This document shows, piece by piece, positions 37,056 through 45,837 of a stretch of DNA of 64,000 nucleotides. The notes beneath the pieces are model-generated. The model was not told the DNA's origin and made no database searches. It was given only the letters and a program-made list of their open reading frames with translations. Made by a program: the position numbers and the translations under genes. Positions within the stretch are counted from its first letter, which is position 1, and each line of letters starts with the position of its first letter. This DNA is from Deltaproteobacteria bacterium (GTDB lineage: Bacteria; Desulfobacterota; GWC2-55-46; UBA9637), in contig JACRML010000058.1 in NCBI GenBank assembly GCA_016214995.1, positions 4,194 to 68,193 on the forward strand. The letters are read 5' to 3'.

Positions 37056-40000
37056 TCACCCTTCTGCCAATTGTTTCAATATATATCTTGTTTCATCCCA
37101 GATTTCTCTGTCCTTTTCCAAAAGGATGATAAATTTTGAATCCGGTGTAAGTCTGAACCTTTTGGGGTTCTTTTTTGCAAGCGCCAGCAGCCTTTGCGGC
37201 TCCACAATGGTATCATTTGAAAATGTTATATAAATATAATTCCCTTTTTGAGATAGCTCGGCTATCCTTAGTTTTTTAAGCAAAAATTTTATTCCCATTA
37301 TTTTAAACAGATTGCCTGCCAGTTCGGGGATATCACCAAATCTATCCTTTATCTCTTCTCTCAGTTTACTTACATCTTCCTCAGAAATGACAGAGGCAAT
37401 CCTTTTGTAGATATTGAGCCTTTGCCTTTCATCAGGGATATATCCTTCCGGTATATATGCAGATACTTTGAGACTTATCTCCGGCTCAATCTCCTTTTCC
37501 ATGTTTTCGCCCTTTAACTCTTTTATGGCATCCTCTAAAAGCTGCGTATACAGCTCAAAACCAACCTCTGCAATCTGGCCTGATTGTTTTGCTCCGAGGA
37601 GTTCCCCTGCGCCTCTTATCTCTAAATCATAAGCAGCAAGCCTGAAACCAGCGCCAAGGTCTGAGAGCTCCTGAAGCACCTTCAGCCTTTTCTTTGCATC
37701 TTCTGTTAATATTAATTCGGGCGGTGTCAAAAGATAGGCATATGCCCGGTGACTGCTCCTGCCAACCCTTCCGCGCAGTTGATATATTTCCGCAAGACCA
37801 AATCTATCTGCCCTGTTTATCAATATTGTATTTGCCGATGGGATATCAAGGCCTGATTCTATGATGGATGTAGAAAGCAATATGTCATATTCTTTATTTA
37901 TAAAATCAGCCATTATCTTTTCCAATTCCTTTTCATGCATCTGGCCATGAGCAACTCCAGCCCGTGCCTCCGGGACAATTCTCTTGAGATAATCGGCCAT
38001 TGCCGCTATACTCTGCACCCTGTTGTGAACAAAGAATATCTGGCCGCCTCTGGCAATCTCTCTTCTTATTGCATCCTTTATCAAGTCGTCATCAAACTTT
38101 GCCACAACAGTCTTTATTGCAAGCCTGTCTTCAGGAGGTGTATTTATTATACTCAAATCTCTTATGCCTGCCAGAGACATATGAAGGGTTCTTGGAATAG
38201 GTGTTGCCGTTAATGTAAGGACATCTACCTGCTTTTTCATTTGTTTCAACCTCTCCTTGTGGCTCACCCCGAATCTGTGTTCTTCATCTACAATAATGAG
38301 GCCGAGGTCTTTAAATACAACATCCTTTTGCAAAAGCCTGTGCGTGCCTATGATTATGTCCACCTCTCCGCTGGCAAGTTTTTTCAAGGTTTCTCGCTGC
38401 TCTTTAGGGTTTCTAAAACGGCTTAAAACATCTATCGTTGCAGGATATGAAGCAAACCGGTTTTTAAATGTGAGATGGTGCTGCTGGGCAAGCACCGTGG
38501 TCGGCACAAGCATGGCCACCTGTTTGTTGTCCAACACAGCCTTGAATGCGCCCCGCATGGCAACCTCTGTCTTTCCATAACCAACATCGCCGCAGACAAG
38601 CCTGTCCATGGGTTTTGGCTCTTCCATGTCTTTCAGCACATCTTCAATGGCATTGACCTGGTCTGGGGTCTCATCATATTCAAAGGATGCCTCAAACTCT
38701 GAAAACAGCCTTTCACCCTTGGAAAAAGAAAAACCCTCACCCACTTTTCTATGTGCATAAAGTTCCAGAAGTCCCTTTGCCATCTCCTCAACAGCCTGTT
38801 TAACCTTACTTTTTGTTTTCTCCCATTTTGTAGAACCGAGCTTGTCTATCTCCGGCCTTTTACCTTCTACACCGTGATATTTGCCTACAAGATTTACTCT
38901 TTGGACAGGCAGATATAATTTGTCTCCACCCTGATACTCCAAAATAAGAAAATCATTTTCTATAACCTGCCCCGAACCCTGTCCTAATCTCATTTCATGG
39001 ATTGATTCAAAATCCTCTATCTTAAGCCGCTTAAGCCCTTTATAGAGTCCAATGCCATGGATAGAATGCACAATAAAATCTCCGGCATTCAAGTCTTCAA
39101 GTTGGGTGAGAAATGCTTCTATCTTACTGGAGGGCGGCACACGTCTCTTGACCCTTTGCCCAAAAATCTCCTCCTCTGTAATGATAGCAAGCTTAATAGC
39201 AGGAAAGCGGAAGCCAGAACTTAGGTCGCCTCTGACGATAGCGATGCGAGATGTGGAATATGTGATTATCCCACACCCTACATCCCACATCTCACATCCG
39301 AGATCATATCCTTCCAACAACTCTTTTAATCTTTCTGCCTGGCCATGTGTATGACAAACAAGGAATATGTTCCACCCAAGGTCATGCCATCCCTTTATCT
39401 TATCTGCAAGGGGCTTGAGGAGTTCATCTTTTCTTATTGCAATGTCCTGCCTTGTATCAAGATTGGACTCGGTGGGAAGCTCAAAACCTTCAGCATGCGG
39501 TTGGTGCGCCCCGACAACAACTATGCCCATTTTATCAAACGCAGATTTAAATTCACTTATGGACACATAAAGTTCTTCTGGTTTAACAAAGAATTGCCGT
39601 TTTTGCTCAAGGTTTGTTTTCCCATCCGATATCTCACTTTCAAATCTTTTAACTGCTTCCTCTATCTCGTTTTGATTATCAAAAAAGAGAAGACAATCGT
39701 CCGGAAGATAATCAAATAACGTATCCAGTTTGTTGTAAAAAAGAGGTGATAAAAAATCAATGCCAGAAAAGATAATGCCATCCCGTACCCTGTCTGAAAT
39801 GGATTCTCTTATATCTTTGGGAAGTTCCAATTCCTCAGCCCTTTGCCTGAGTTTTTCTTTGGCCAGTTCCATGCCTTCTTGCGAGAAAATAATCTCCCTT
39901 GCAGGCAGAATTATAGTTTCATTCATTATCTCCTTAGACCGTTGAGTTGCAATATCAAAGGTTCTCATGGCCTCAACTTCGTCTCCAAAGAATTCAATCC

Positions 40001-40637
40001 TTATCGGAGCAGAATATGACGGTGGGAATATGTCCAGTATCCCACCGACAATCCTCATTTCACCTCTTTCCTCAACCATTGCCGCTCTTGAGTAGCCCAT
40101 TTGCGAAAGCCTTTTCAAAACCTCATCTCTGTTCATCTCTTTACCAACTTCACACCGTATAACCCCATTTACTCCCTCTTTTGCAAAGGGAGACGAAGGG
40201 GGGGTTAATACGCTTTTAGGCATTACCTTCTGTAAAATGGCTGAAGATGTTGTAACGATTATGTGGTGAGATGTTTGGGTGAGTTTGTAGAGAATATTGA
40301 TCCTGGCAGCGATTATGTCAGGATGCGGGGACTGCGCCTCAAAAGGCAGAATCTCCCATGATGGATAGAAAAACGCAGTATTGCTACCAAGGAAAAAATT
40401 TATATCCTTAGTGAAATTTTCTGCCTCTTCCTGGGTTGGAGATATTATTAAAACCGATTTGAGATTTCGGTGCGCCTGCGAAAGCGGGTCATGAGATTTA
40501 TAAAGGGAGGCAATAAGAAAAGCTTTTGACGAGCCCAAAAGACCAGAAAGGGCAAACCGCTCCCCTGGCTTTAGACAAGAGATGCTCTCTAATGCCTTGT
40601 AAAAGGTATTGGTTTTGGTAGGATAGACTGCTGTCAT
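37056..40637 (-). CDS. mfd: Transcription-repair coupling factor
   Basis: DRLVCGDVGYGKTEVAMRGAFKAV; DEEHRFGVSHKERLK; QLRGRVGRSSHRAYAYLL; 1193 aa. Confidence 0.98.
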   Translation of the reverse strand: MTAVYPTKTNTFYKALESISCLKPGERFALSGLLGSSKAFLIASLYKSHDPLSQAHRNLKSVLIISPTQEEAENFTKDINFFLGSNTAFFYPSWEILPFEAQSPHPDIIAARINILYKLTQTSHHIIVTTSSAILQKVMPKSVLTPPSSPFAKEGVNGVIRCEVGKEMNRDEVLKRLSQMGYSRAAMVEERGEMRIVGGILDIFPPSYSAPIRIEFFGDEVEAMRTFDIATQRSKEIMNETIILPAREIIFSQEGMELAKEKLRQRAEELELPKDIRESISDRVRDGIIFSGIDFLSPLFYNKLDTLFDYLPDDCLLFFDNQNEIEEAVKRFESEISDGKTNLEQKRQFFVKPEELYVSISEFKSAFDKMGIVVVGAHQPHAEGFELPTESNLDTRQDIAIRKDELLKPLADKIKGWHDLGWNIFLVCHTHGQAERLKELLEGYDLGCEMWDVGCGIITYSTSRIAIVRGDLSSGFRFPAIKLAIITEEEIFGQRVKRRVPPSSKIEAFLTQLEDLNAGDFIVHSIHGIGLYKGLKRLKIEDFESIHEMRLGQGSGQVIENDFLILEYQGGDKLYLPVQRVNLVGKYHGVEGKRPEIDKLGSTKWEKTKSKVKQAVEEMAKGLLELYAHRKVGEGFSFSKGERLFSEFEASFEYDETPDQVNAIEDVLKDMEEPKPMDRLVCGDVGYGKTEVAMRGAFKAVLDNKQVAMLVPTTVLAQQHHLTFKNRFASYPATIDVLSRFRNPKEQRETLKKLASGEVDIIIGTHRLLQKDVVFKDLGLIIVDEEHRFGVSHKERLKQMKKQVDVLTLTATPIPRTLHMSLAGIRDLSIINTPPEDRLAIKTVVAKFDDDLIKDAIRREIARGGQIFFVHNRVQSIAAMADYLKRIVPEARAGVAHGQMHEKELEKIMADFINKEYDILLSTSIIESGLDIPSANTILINRADRFGLAEIYQLRGRVGRSSHRAYAYLLTPPELILTEDAKKRLKVLQELSDLGAGFRLAAYDLEIRGAGELLGAKQSGQIAEVGFELYTQLLEDAIKELKGENMEKEIEPEISLKVSAYIPEGYIPDERQRLNIYKRIASVISEEDVSKLREEIKDRFGDIPELAGNLFKIMGIKFLLKKLRIAELSQKGNYIYITFSNDTIVEPQRLLALAKKNPKRFRLTPDSKFIILLEKDREIWDETRYILKQLAEG

Positions 40638-40785
40638 TAAACAAATTTTATAGTATCATAAATCTCTCCGCTCTCACAAATAAAAGGTGGTAAAGTAAAG
40701 AGGTAAAGCTCAAAAATTTTATTGACTTCTAATAGCATATTATGTAACTTATGAACCCTGATTTTAGCAAAGGAGGAATACTACA

Positions 40786-42720
40786 ATGGGTAAAAATATT
40801 ACACAGAAGATATTAGAGGCTCATCTCGTGTCCGGTACAATGGCCCAGGGTAACGAGATAGCCATAAAGATTGACCAGACCCTTACTCAGGACGCTACCG
40901 GCACCATGGCCTATCTGCAGTTTGAGGCAATGGGTGTGCCGAGGGTCAAGACAAAGCTTTCAGTAAGCTATGTTGACCACAATACACTCCAGTACGGCGG
41001 TTTTGAAAATGCAGATGACCACAGATTTTTGCAGACTATTGCTGCAAAACACGGCATCTATTTTTCAAGGCCGGGCAATGGTATATGCCATCAGGTTCAT
41101 CTTGAAAGATTCGGTGTGCCCGGACAGACCATGCTTGGCTCGGACAGCCATACGCCCACGTGCGGCGGTCTCGGCATGATGGCAATTGGTGCAGGCGGAC
41201 TTGATGTAGCGGTTGCTATGGGCGGGGGGTCGTTTAATCTCTCTTATCCAAAGGTTGTGCTGGTAAATCTTAAAGGTAAACTCAAACCGTGGGTCTCTGC
41301 AAAGGATGTAATCCTTGAACTCCTCAGAAAGATGACCGTAAAGGGTGGTGTGGGCAAGGTGATTGAATACGGCGGCGAAGGCGTACAAAGCCTTTCTGTG
41401 CCGGAAAGGGCTACCATTACCAACATGGGAGCAGAGCTTGGCGCAACAACGTCCATATTTCCAAGTGATGAGATAACAAAGGAATTTTTAAAGGCACAGA
41501 CCAGGGAAAAAGACTGGCAAGAGCTTGTTGCCGATGCTGATGCAAAATATGATGAAACCATTGAAATAAATTTGAGCAAGCTGGAACCCATGATTGCAAA
41601 ACCGCACAGCCCTGACGCTGTGTGCAAGGTTTCAGATGTTGAAGGCATGAAGGTTGATCAGGTCTGCATCGGAAGCTGTACCAACTCTTCATTCAGGGAT
41701 TTGATGCTTGTTGCCGATATATTCAAGAAGGGGAATTTCAAGGTCAATCCCAATATAAGCATGACAATCTCTCCCGGCTCAAAGCAGGTTCTGGAGATGA
41801 TTACATTAAACAAAGGGCTTGCGAGCCTGATTGAGGCTGGTGCAAGAATCCTTGAGGCAACATGCGGGCCTTGCATAGGCAACGGCCAATCACCGCCGTC
41901 AAAGGGCGTTTCTCTCAGGACATTCAATAGAAATTTTGAAGGCAGGAGCGGAACAAAGGACGGACAGGTCTATCTTTGCAGCCCTGAGGTCGCGGCGGCT
42001 GCGGCTATCTATGGTGTAATCACCGACCCAAGAAAGCTTGGCAAATATCCAAAGGTTAAGATGCCAAAGGAATTTAGGGTGGACGACTCAATGGTAATTC
42101 CGCCGGCAAAAGACCCCTCAAAAGTAGAAATATTGAGAGGACCAAACATAAAGGCATTGCCGGTAGCAACTAAGATTCAGACAGTAGTAAGCGGCAGCAC
42201 TTTGATAAAGCTTGGCGATAACATTACCACAGACCATATCACGCCCGCAGGCACATGGCTGAAATACAGGAGCAATGTGCCAAAGTATTCCGAGTCAGTT
42301 TTTTCAGCCATTGATGTCCAGTTCCATGAAAAGGCAAAGGCCTCCAACGGAGGATTTGTTATTGCCGGAGAAAACTATGGCCAGGGTTCTTCAAGGGAAC
42401 ATGCGGCGCTTTGCCCCATGTATCTCGGTATAAAAGGGATTATTGCAAAGAGCTTTGCCAGAATACACAAGGATAACCTTGTAAACTTCGGCATCCTGCC
42501 GCTGACCTTTGCAAGCCCTGCTGATTATGATGCAATAGATCAAGGCGATAAGCTGGAAATAAACGACCTTGCAAACCAACTAAAGGCAGGGGATTCATTA
42601 ACCATAAAAAATATTACAAAGGGCAATGAGATAAAGGTAAAACACGGATTCAGCACAAGACAGGTTGATATAATCCTCGCCGGCGGACTGCTGAACTTTA
42701 CCAAGGGACAGGCAGCATAA
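40786..42720 (+). CDS. acn: Aconitate hydratase
   Basis: LGSDSHTPTCGGLGMMAIGAGGLDVAVAMGG; IGSCTNSSFRDL; GENYGQGSSREHAA. Confidence 0.96.
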   Translation: MGKNITQKILEAHLVSGTMAQGNEIAIKIDQTLTQDATGTMAYLQFEAMGVPRVKTKLSVSYVDHNTLQYGGFENADDHRFLQTIAAKHGIYFSRPGNGICHQVHLERFGVPGQTMLGSDSHTPTCGGLGMMAIGAGGLDVAVAMGGGSFNLSYPKVVLVNLKGKLKPWVSAKDVILELLRKMTVKGGVGKVIEYGGEGVQSLSVPERATITNMGAELGATTSIFPSDEITKEFLKAQTREKDWQELVADADAKYDETIEINLSKLEPMIAKPHSPDAVCKVSDVEGMKVDQVCIGSCTNSSFRDLMLVADIFKKGNFKVNPNISMTISPGSKQVLEMITLNKGLASLIEAGARILEATCGPCIGNGQSPPSKGVSLRTFNRNFEGRSGTKDGQVYLCSPEVAAAAAIYGVITDPRKLGKYPKVKMPKEFRVDDSMVIPPAKDPSKVEILRGPNIKALPVATKIQTVVSGSTLIKLGDNITTDHITPAGTWLKYRSNVPKYSESVFSAIDVQFHEKAKASNGGFVIAGENYGQGSSREHAALCPMYLGIKGIIAKSFARIHKDNLVNFGILPLTFASPADYDAIDQGDKLEINDLANQLKAGDSLTIKNITKGNEIKVKHGFSTRQVDIILAGGLLNFTKGQAA

Positions 42721-42757
42721 AACCAGTGAACAATAAGTATAGAACAGTTAAAGGCAA

Positions 42758-42793
42758 AAAACCCTTACCGCTGAAATGCGGTGAGGGTTTTTC
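42758..42793 (+). terminator. Rho-independent terminator downstream of acn
   Basis: aaacccttaccgc-tgaaat-gcggtgagggttttt stem-loop with T tract. Confidence 0.85.
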
Positions 42794-42845
42794 ACTTTAA
42801 AATAAATTGAAGATTGGAAGATGAAAATTTTAAATGTACAGAAAT

Positions 42846-42901
42846 TGTAGTTTGCCGATTCATCGGCGGTTTTAAAGCGCCCCATGAATGGGGCAACTAC
42901 A
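42846..42901. repeat. Palindromic repeat, GTAG..TTGCCGAT family, copy 1
   Basis: tgtagtttgccgattcatcggcggttttaaagcgccccatgaatggggcaactaca. Confidence 0.8.
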
Positions 42902-42903
42902 TT

Positions 42904-43668
42904 TTAATGGCTGTCCCTTTTCAAAAACCTCCACACCCCATCCACTTTTTTATAGATAAGAAAATCGCCGGGGCTAAACCAACTGCTCGGGCTTTTGCTG
43001 CTCCTGACCAGCGCAGGCTCATCTTGAGATTCAAGGGGATATGAATAAAGCCCTAATTCCTGCACAAGAAGCATCAGGCTTTGCCCTTTTTCTTTCCAGC
43101 TAAAGGTCTTTTCATAAATATAGACAATAAAGGTGTAAGATTTCCAGTCATCGCCTATCCACTCATAAAGGGTCTTGCTATCCTTTCTGCTTAGCCTTAT
43201 GCAGCCGTGAGATTTCTTCTGGCCGAGAAATTTCTCATAACCTGCAAATTTTCCTGTGGCTTCAAGGCTATGAATTCCTTTTTCAACGCCCGGCTCAATC
43301 CCGATCCAATTCAACATCTTGATATTTTCATCTTTTGACCATTTCCTGAAGGGCATCAATTCTACAATCTTATGAAACCCCGGCAATGTTTCAGTCTTTT
43401 CCCATCCTTCTTCATCTATGCCAGGTTCTCCGGTAGATACAAGGCTTTCCATAAACATACGGCCTCTTTCATCGTATGCTCTCAGAGTCTGGGTGGATTT
43501 GTCTATTTCAATGTGCTTCTTCTCCGGAGTAAAAATCATGGCCTTGCCCTCTGTAACAAGATAGATATTTACTCCCAGTCTTTTTATTGGTTCAGTTCTG
43601 GAAAGCCTGACAGCGACAGCATCTTCGCTGCCAAATACCGATTGAGAAAGGCAAATTAAAAAAGGCAA
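42904..43668 (-). CDS. L,D-transpeptidase (YkuD domain)
   Basis: SHGCIRLSRKDSKTLYEWIG catalytic motif. Confidence 0.9.
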   Translation of the reverse strand: MPFLICLSQSVFGSEDAVAVRLSRTEPIKRLGVNIYLVTEGKAMIFTPEKKHIEIDKSTQTLRAYDERGRMFMESLVSTGEPGIDEEGWEKTETLPGFHKIVELMPFRKWSKDENIKMLNWIGIEPGVEKGIHSLEATGKFAGYEKFLGQKKSHGCIRLSRKDSKTLYEWIGDDWKSYTFIVYIYEKTFSWKEKGQSLMLLVQELGLYSYPLESQDEPALVRSSKSPSSWFSPGDFLIYKKVDGVWRFLKRDSH

Positions 43669-43694
43669 GAGAGAAACCAGCTTCTTAAAATCAT

Positions 43695-44384
43695 CTATTG
43701 TTCCAATACAGATAGTCGTAGATATTTTTTTACCATCTTCGGGACCCTGTCCATATCACAAAACGGCAACTCTCCAAGGATAGGGATATTGGTAAGCCTT
43801 TTTAACTCTGTTTGATTTGTAGAAAGGGTTTCATCGGTTGCGAGGGCTGGGTAATTAATGATAATACCCTTAACCTCTATGCCGATGGACTGGGCATATT
43901 TAACCGTCAATAATGTATGATTTATTGTGCCGAGTTTTGATGCGGCAATGACTATAAGCGGGAGATTGAGGAATTTCACAAGGTCTGCCGAAGTCTCTGT
44001 ATCATTCAGAGGCGTCAGCAATCCGCCTGCACCTTCCACAAGCATTAATCTATGCAGAGATGCAAGCGTACCATAGCATTCCTTAATTTTATTTAAGTCT
44101 ATATTTTTGCCTTCAAGCCTTGACGCAACGCTTGGGGCAAGAGGCGCTTTGAAGCGATATGGATTTATCGAATCAAGTTCATCGCTGACTTCTGCTGCCT
44201 TCTTGAGAAATAAGGCATCCTGAGGCTCAAGCTCTCTGCCCTTTTCAGCGCATCCTGTTTCAACAGGCTTCATTACACCAACATTTACTCCCTTTTCCTT
44301 CAATACTGCTGCAATACCAGCGGTAACAAATGTCTTGCCTACGCCGGTGTCAGTGCCTGTAATGAAATAGCCTCTGGTTTGCAT
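43695..44384 (-). CDS. bioD: Dethiobiotin synthetase
   Basis: MQTRGYFITGTDTGVGKTFVTAGIAAVL; VEGAGGLLTPL. Confidence 0.96.
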   Translation of the reverse strand: MQTRGYFITGTDTGVGKTFVTAGIAAVLKEKGVNVGVMKPVETGCAEKGRELEPQDALFLKKAAEVSDELDSINPYRFKAPLAPSVASRLEGKNIDLNKIKECYGTLASLHRLMLVEGAGGLLTPLNDTETSADLVKFLNLPLIVIAASKLGTINHTLLTVKYAQSIGIEVKGIIINYPALATDETLSTNQTELKRLTNIPILGELPFCDMDRVPKMVKKYLRLSVLEQ

Positions 44385-44475
44385 AAGCCAAATGGTAGCA
44401 GAATAAAAAAATACAGTCAATTGACGAAATATTGTTTTAGGGGTAAAATTTATATAAAATGAAGTAGCAGTTCAG

Positions 44476-44547
44476 GTAGCTTGCCGATTTATCAACCTCC
44501 CCCTGTCCCCCTCATAGAGGGGGAGCGCCCATAAATGGGCAACTACA
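44476..44547. repeat. Palindromic repeat, GTAG..TTGCCGAT family, copy 2, interrupted by a second palindrome
   Basis: gtagcttgccgatttatcaa|cctccccctgtccccctcatagagggggag|cgcccataaatgggcaactaca. Confidence 0.8.
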
Positions 44548-44563
44548 TAAGAGGAGGCAAATT

Positions 44564-45112
44564 ATGAAAAAGGTTTTAATGCCTTTGGCGCCAGGCTTTG
44601 AAGAAATAGAGGCGCTTGCTGTTGTGGATATATTAAGGAGGGCAGGAGTGGAGATAACAATGGCAGGAACGGCTGATAATCCTATTGAAGGGAGAAACAG
44701 GATAAAGGTTTTGGCAGATGCATCTCTGGAATCTGTCAAAGAACAGGACTTTGATATGATTGTCCTGCCGGGCGGCGCGGTTGGCACAGAAAATCTCAAA
44801 AAGGATATGCGGGTAAAAGAAATCGTAGAAAGGCTTTATAAAAAAGGCAGGTTCATTACCGCCATCTGCGCCGCGCCCACAGTGCTTTCTGCCATCGGCA
44901 TTACTGCCGGTAAAACCATTACAAGCCATCCTACGGTAAGAGCAAAATTGGAAAAAGAAAAAATCTCAGACCAAAGGGTTGTGGTTGACGGCAACATCAT
45001 TACCAGCCAGGGGCCGGGCACGGCCATAGAATTTGCATTTAAACTGGTAGAGGTTTTACTGGGGAGAGAAAAGGTTGCGGAAGTAAACAAAGGCGTGCTG
45101 GCGAAGATTTAA
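44564..45112 (+). CDS. DJ-1/PfpI family protein
   Basis: KKVLMPLAPGFEEIEALAVVDILRRAGVEI; ITAICAAPTVLSAIG. Confidence 0.94.
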   Translation: MKKVLMPLAPGFEEIEALAVVDILRRAGVEITMAGTADNPIEGRNRIKVLADASLESVKEQDFDMIVLPGGAVGTENLKKDMRVKEIVERLYKKGRFITAICAAPTVLSAIGITAGKTITSHPTVRAKLEKEKISDQRVVVDGNIITSQGPGTAIEFAFKLVEVLLGREKVAEVNKGVLAKI

Positions 45113-45164
45113 CTGCCACTTCCAACTAATCCTTAAGGGCAACTCAAGGCTTCATTACTGACTT

Positions 45165-45579
45165 TTATACCCTGACAACCTCCAACCCCTCAACACTCTC
45201 AAAATGCGCATCGGCAGTGATTATTGGAAGATTGTTTTCAATACAGACTGCCGCCTATCCATAGGTCATTTTCAGGGATTGGGCGCCCTTTTTGTTTTAG
45301 CTGTAATCTGATCGCAGAATATGGGTCAGCTGTCTTTCTTGTAATATTCAGGATGCGGCAGGTATCTATGAACTCATTGTAAGTTTTTAGGTTCTCTTTT
45401 GGACGGCCTGAATTTTTAGCGGCAAATAACAGTTCTGCAGTAACCGGCACAGGCAGATATATCATTGAGTTACGTGAAAGGAGATTTGTAACAACATTAT
45501 CATTTTTAAACAGCCGTATTACGATATTTGTATCAAGGCTAATCTTTCCATTCATCAGGATTAACCTTCTCAAACTCAT
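45165..45579 (-). pseudogene. VapC-type PIN-domain toxin, frameshifted near C-terminus
   Basis: ORF 45238-45579 ends ..RPIPENDLWIGGSLY*; removing one G near 45251-45255 restores ..NDLWIAAVCIENNLPIITADAHFESVEGLEVVRV*. Confidence 0.8.
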
Positions 45580-45769
45580 CGTCTACTGTCTTCATCATCT
45601 GATTTGCCTCTTCTTCTTTTAATATGCCGGCAAACCTTAAAATTGGATGAATGACTTTCTTTTCTATGCTGAGAGTCAATTCTACTTCTGCATTTTCCTC
45701 AATATCGTCTATCGGCTCCAAAGGCCTCAATATTCCATGTTCATAGACTGCATGCAATGTCTTAACCAT
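45539..45769 (-). CDS. DUF104/AF2212-type antitoxin
   Basis: MVKTLHAVYEHGILRPLEPIDDIEENAEVELTLS; overlaps toxin start. Confidence 0.85.
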   Translation of the reverse strand: MVKTLHAVYEHGILRPLEPIDDIEENAEVELTLSIEKKVIHPILRFAGILKEEEANQMMKTVDDEFEKVNPDEWKD

Positions 45770-45837
45770 TGTTGCCTCCTTTTGGAAGATTATATCAAAA
45801 AACCTGCTTCAAACAAGATGTTTGTTTTGTTTTTTCA

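Noticed and set aside
36951-37139. Plus-strand 62-aa ORF in copy D
   Set aside because: Repeat-derived open frame overlapping the mfd 3' end; no independent support.
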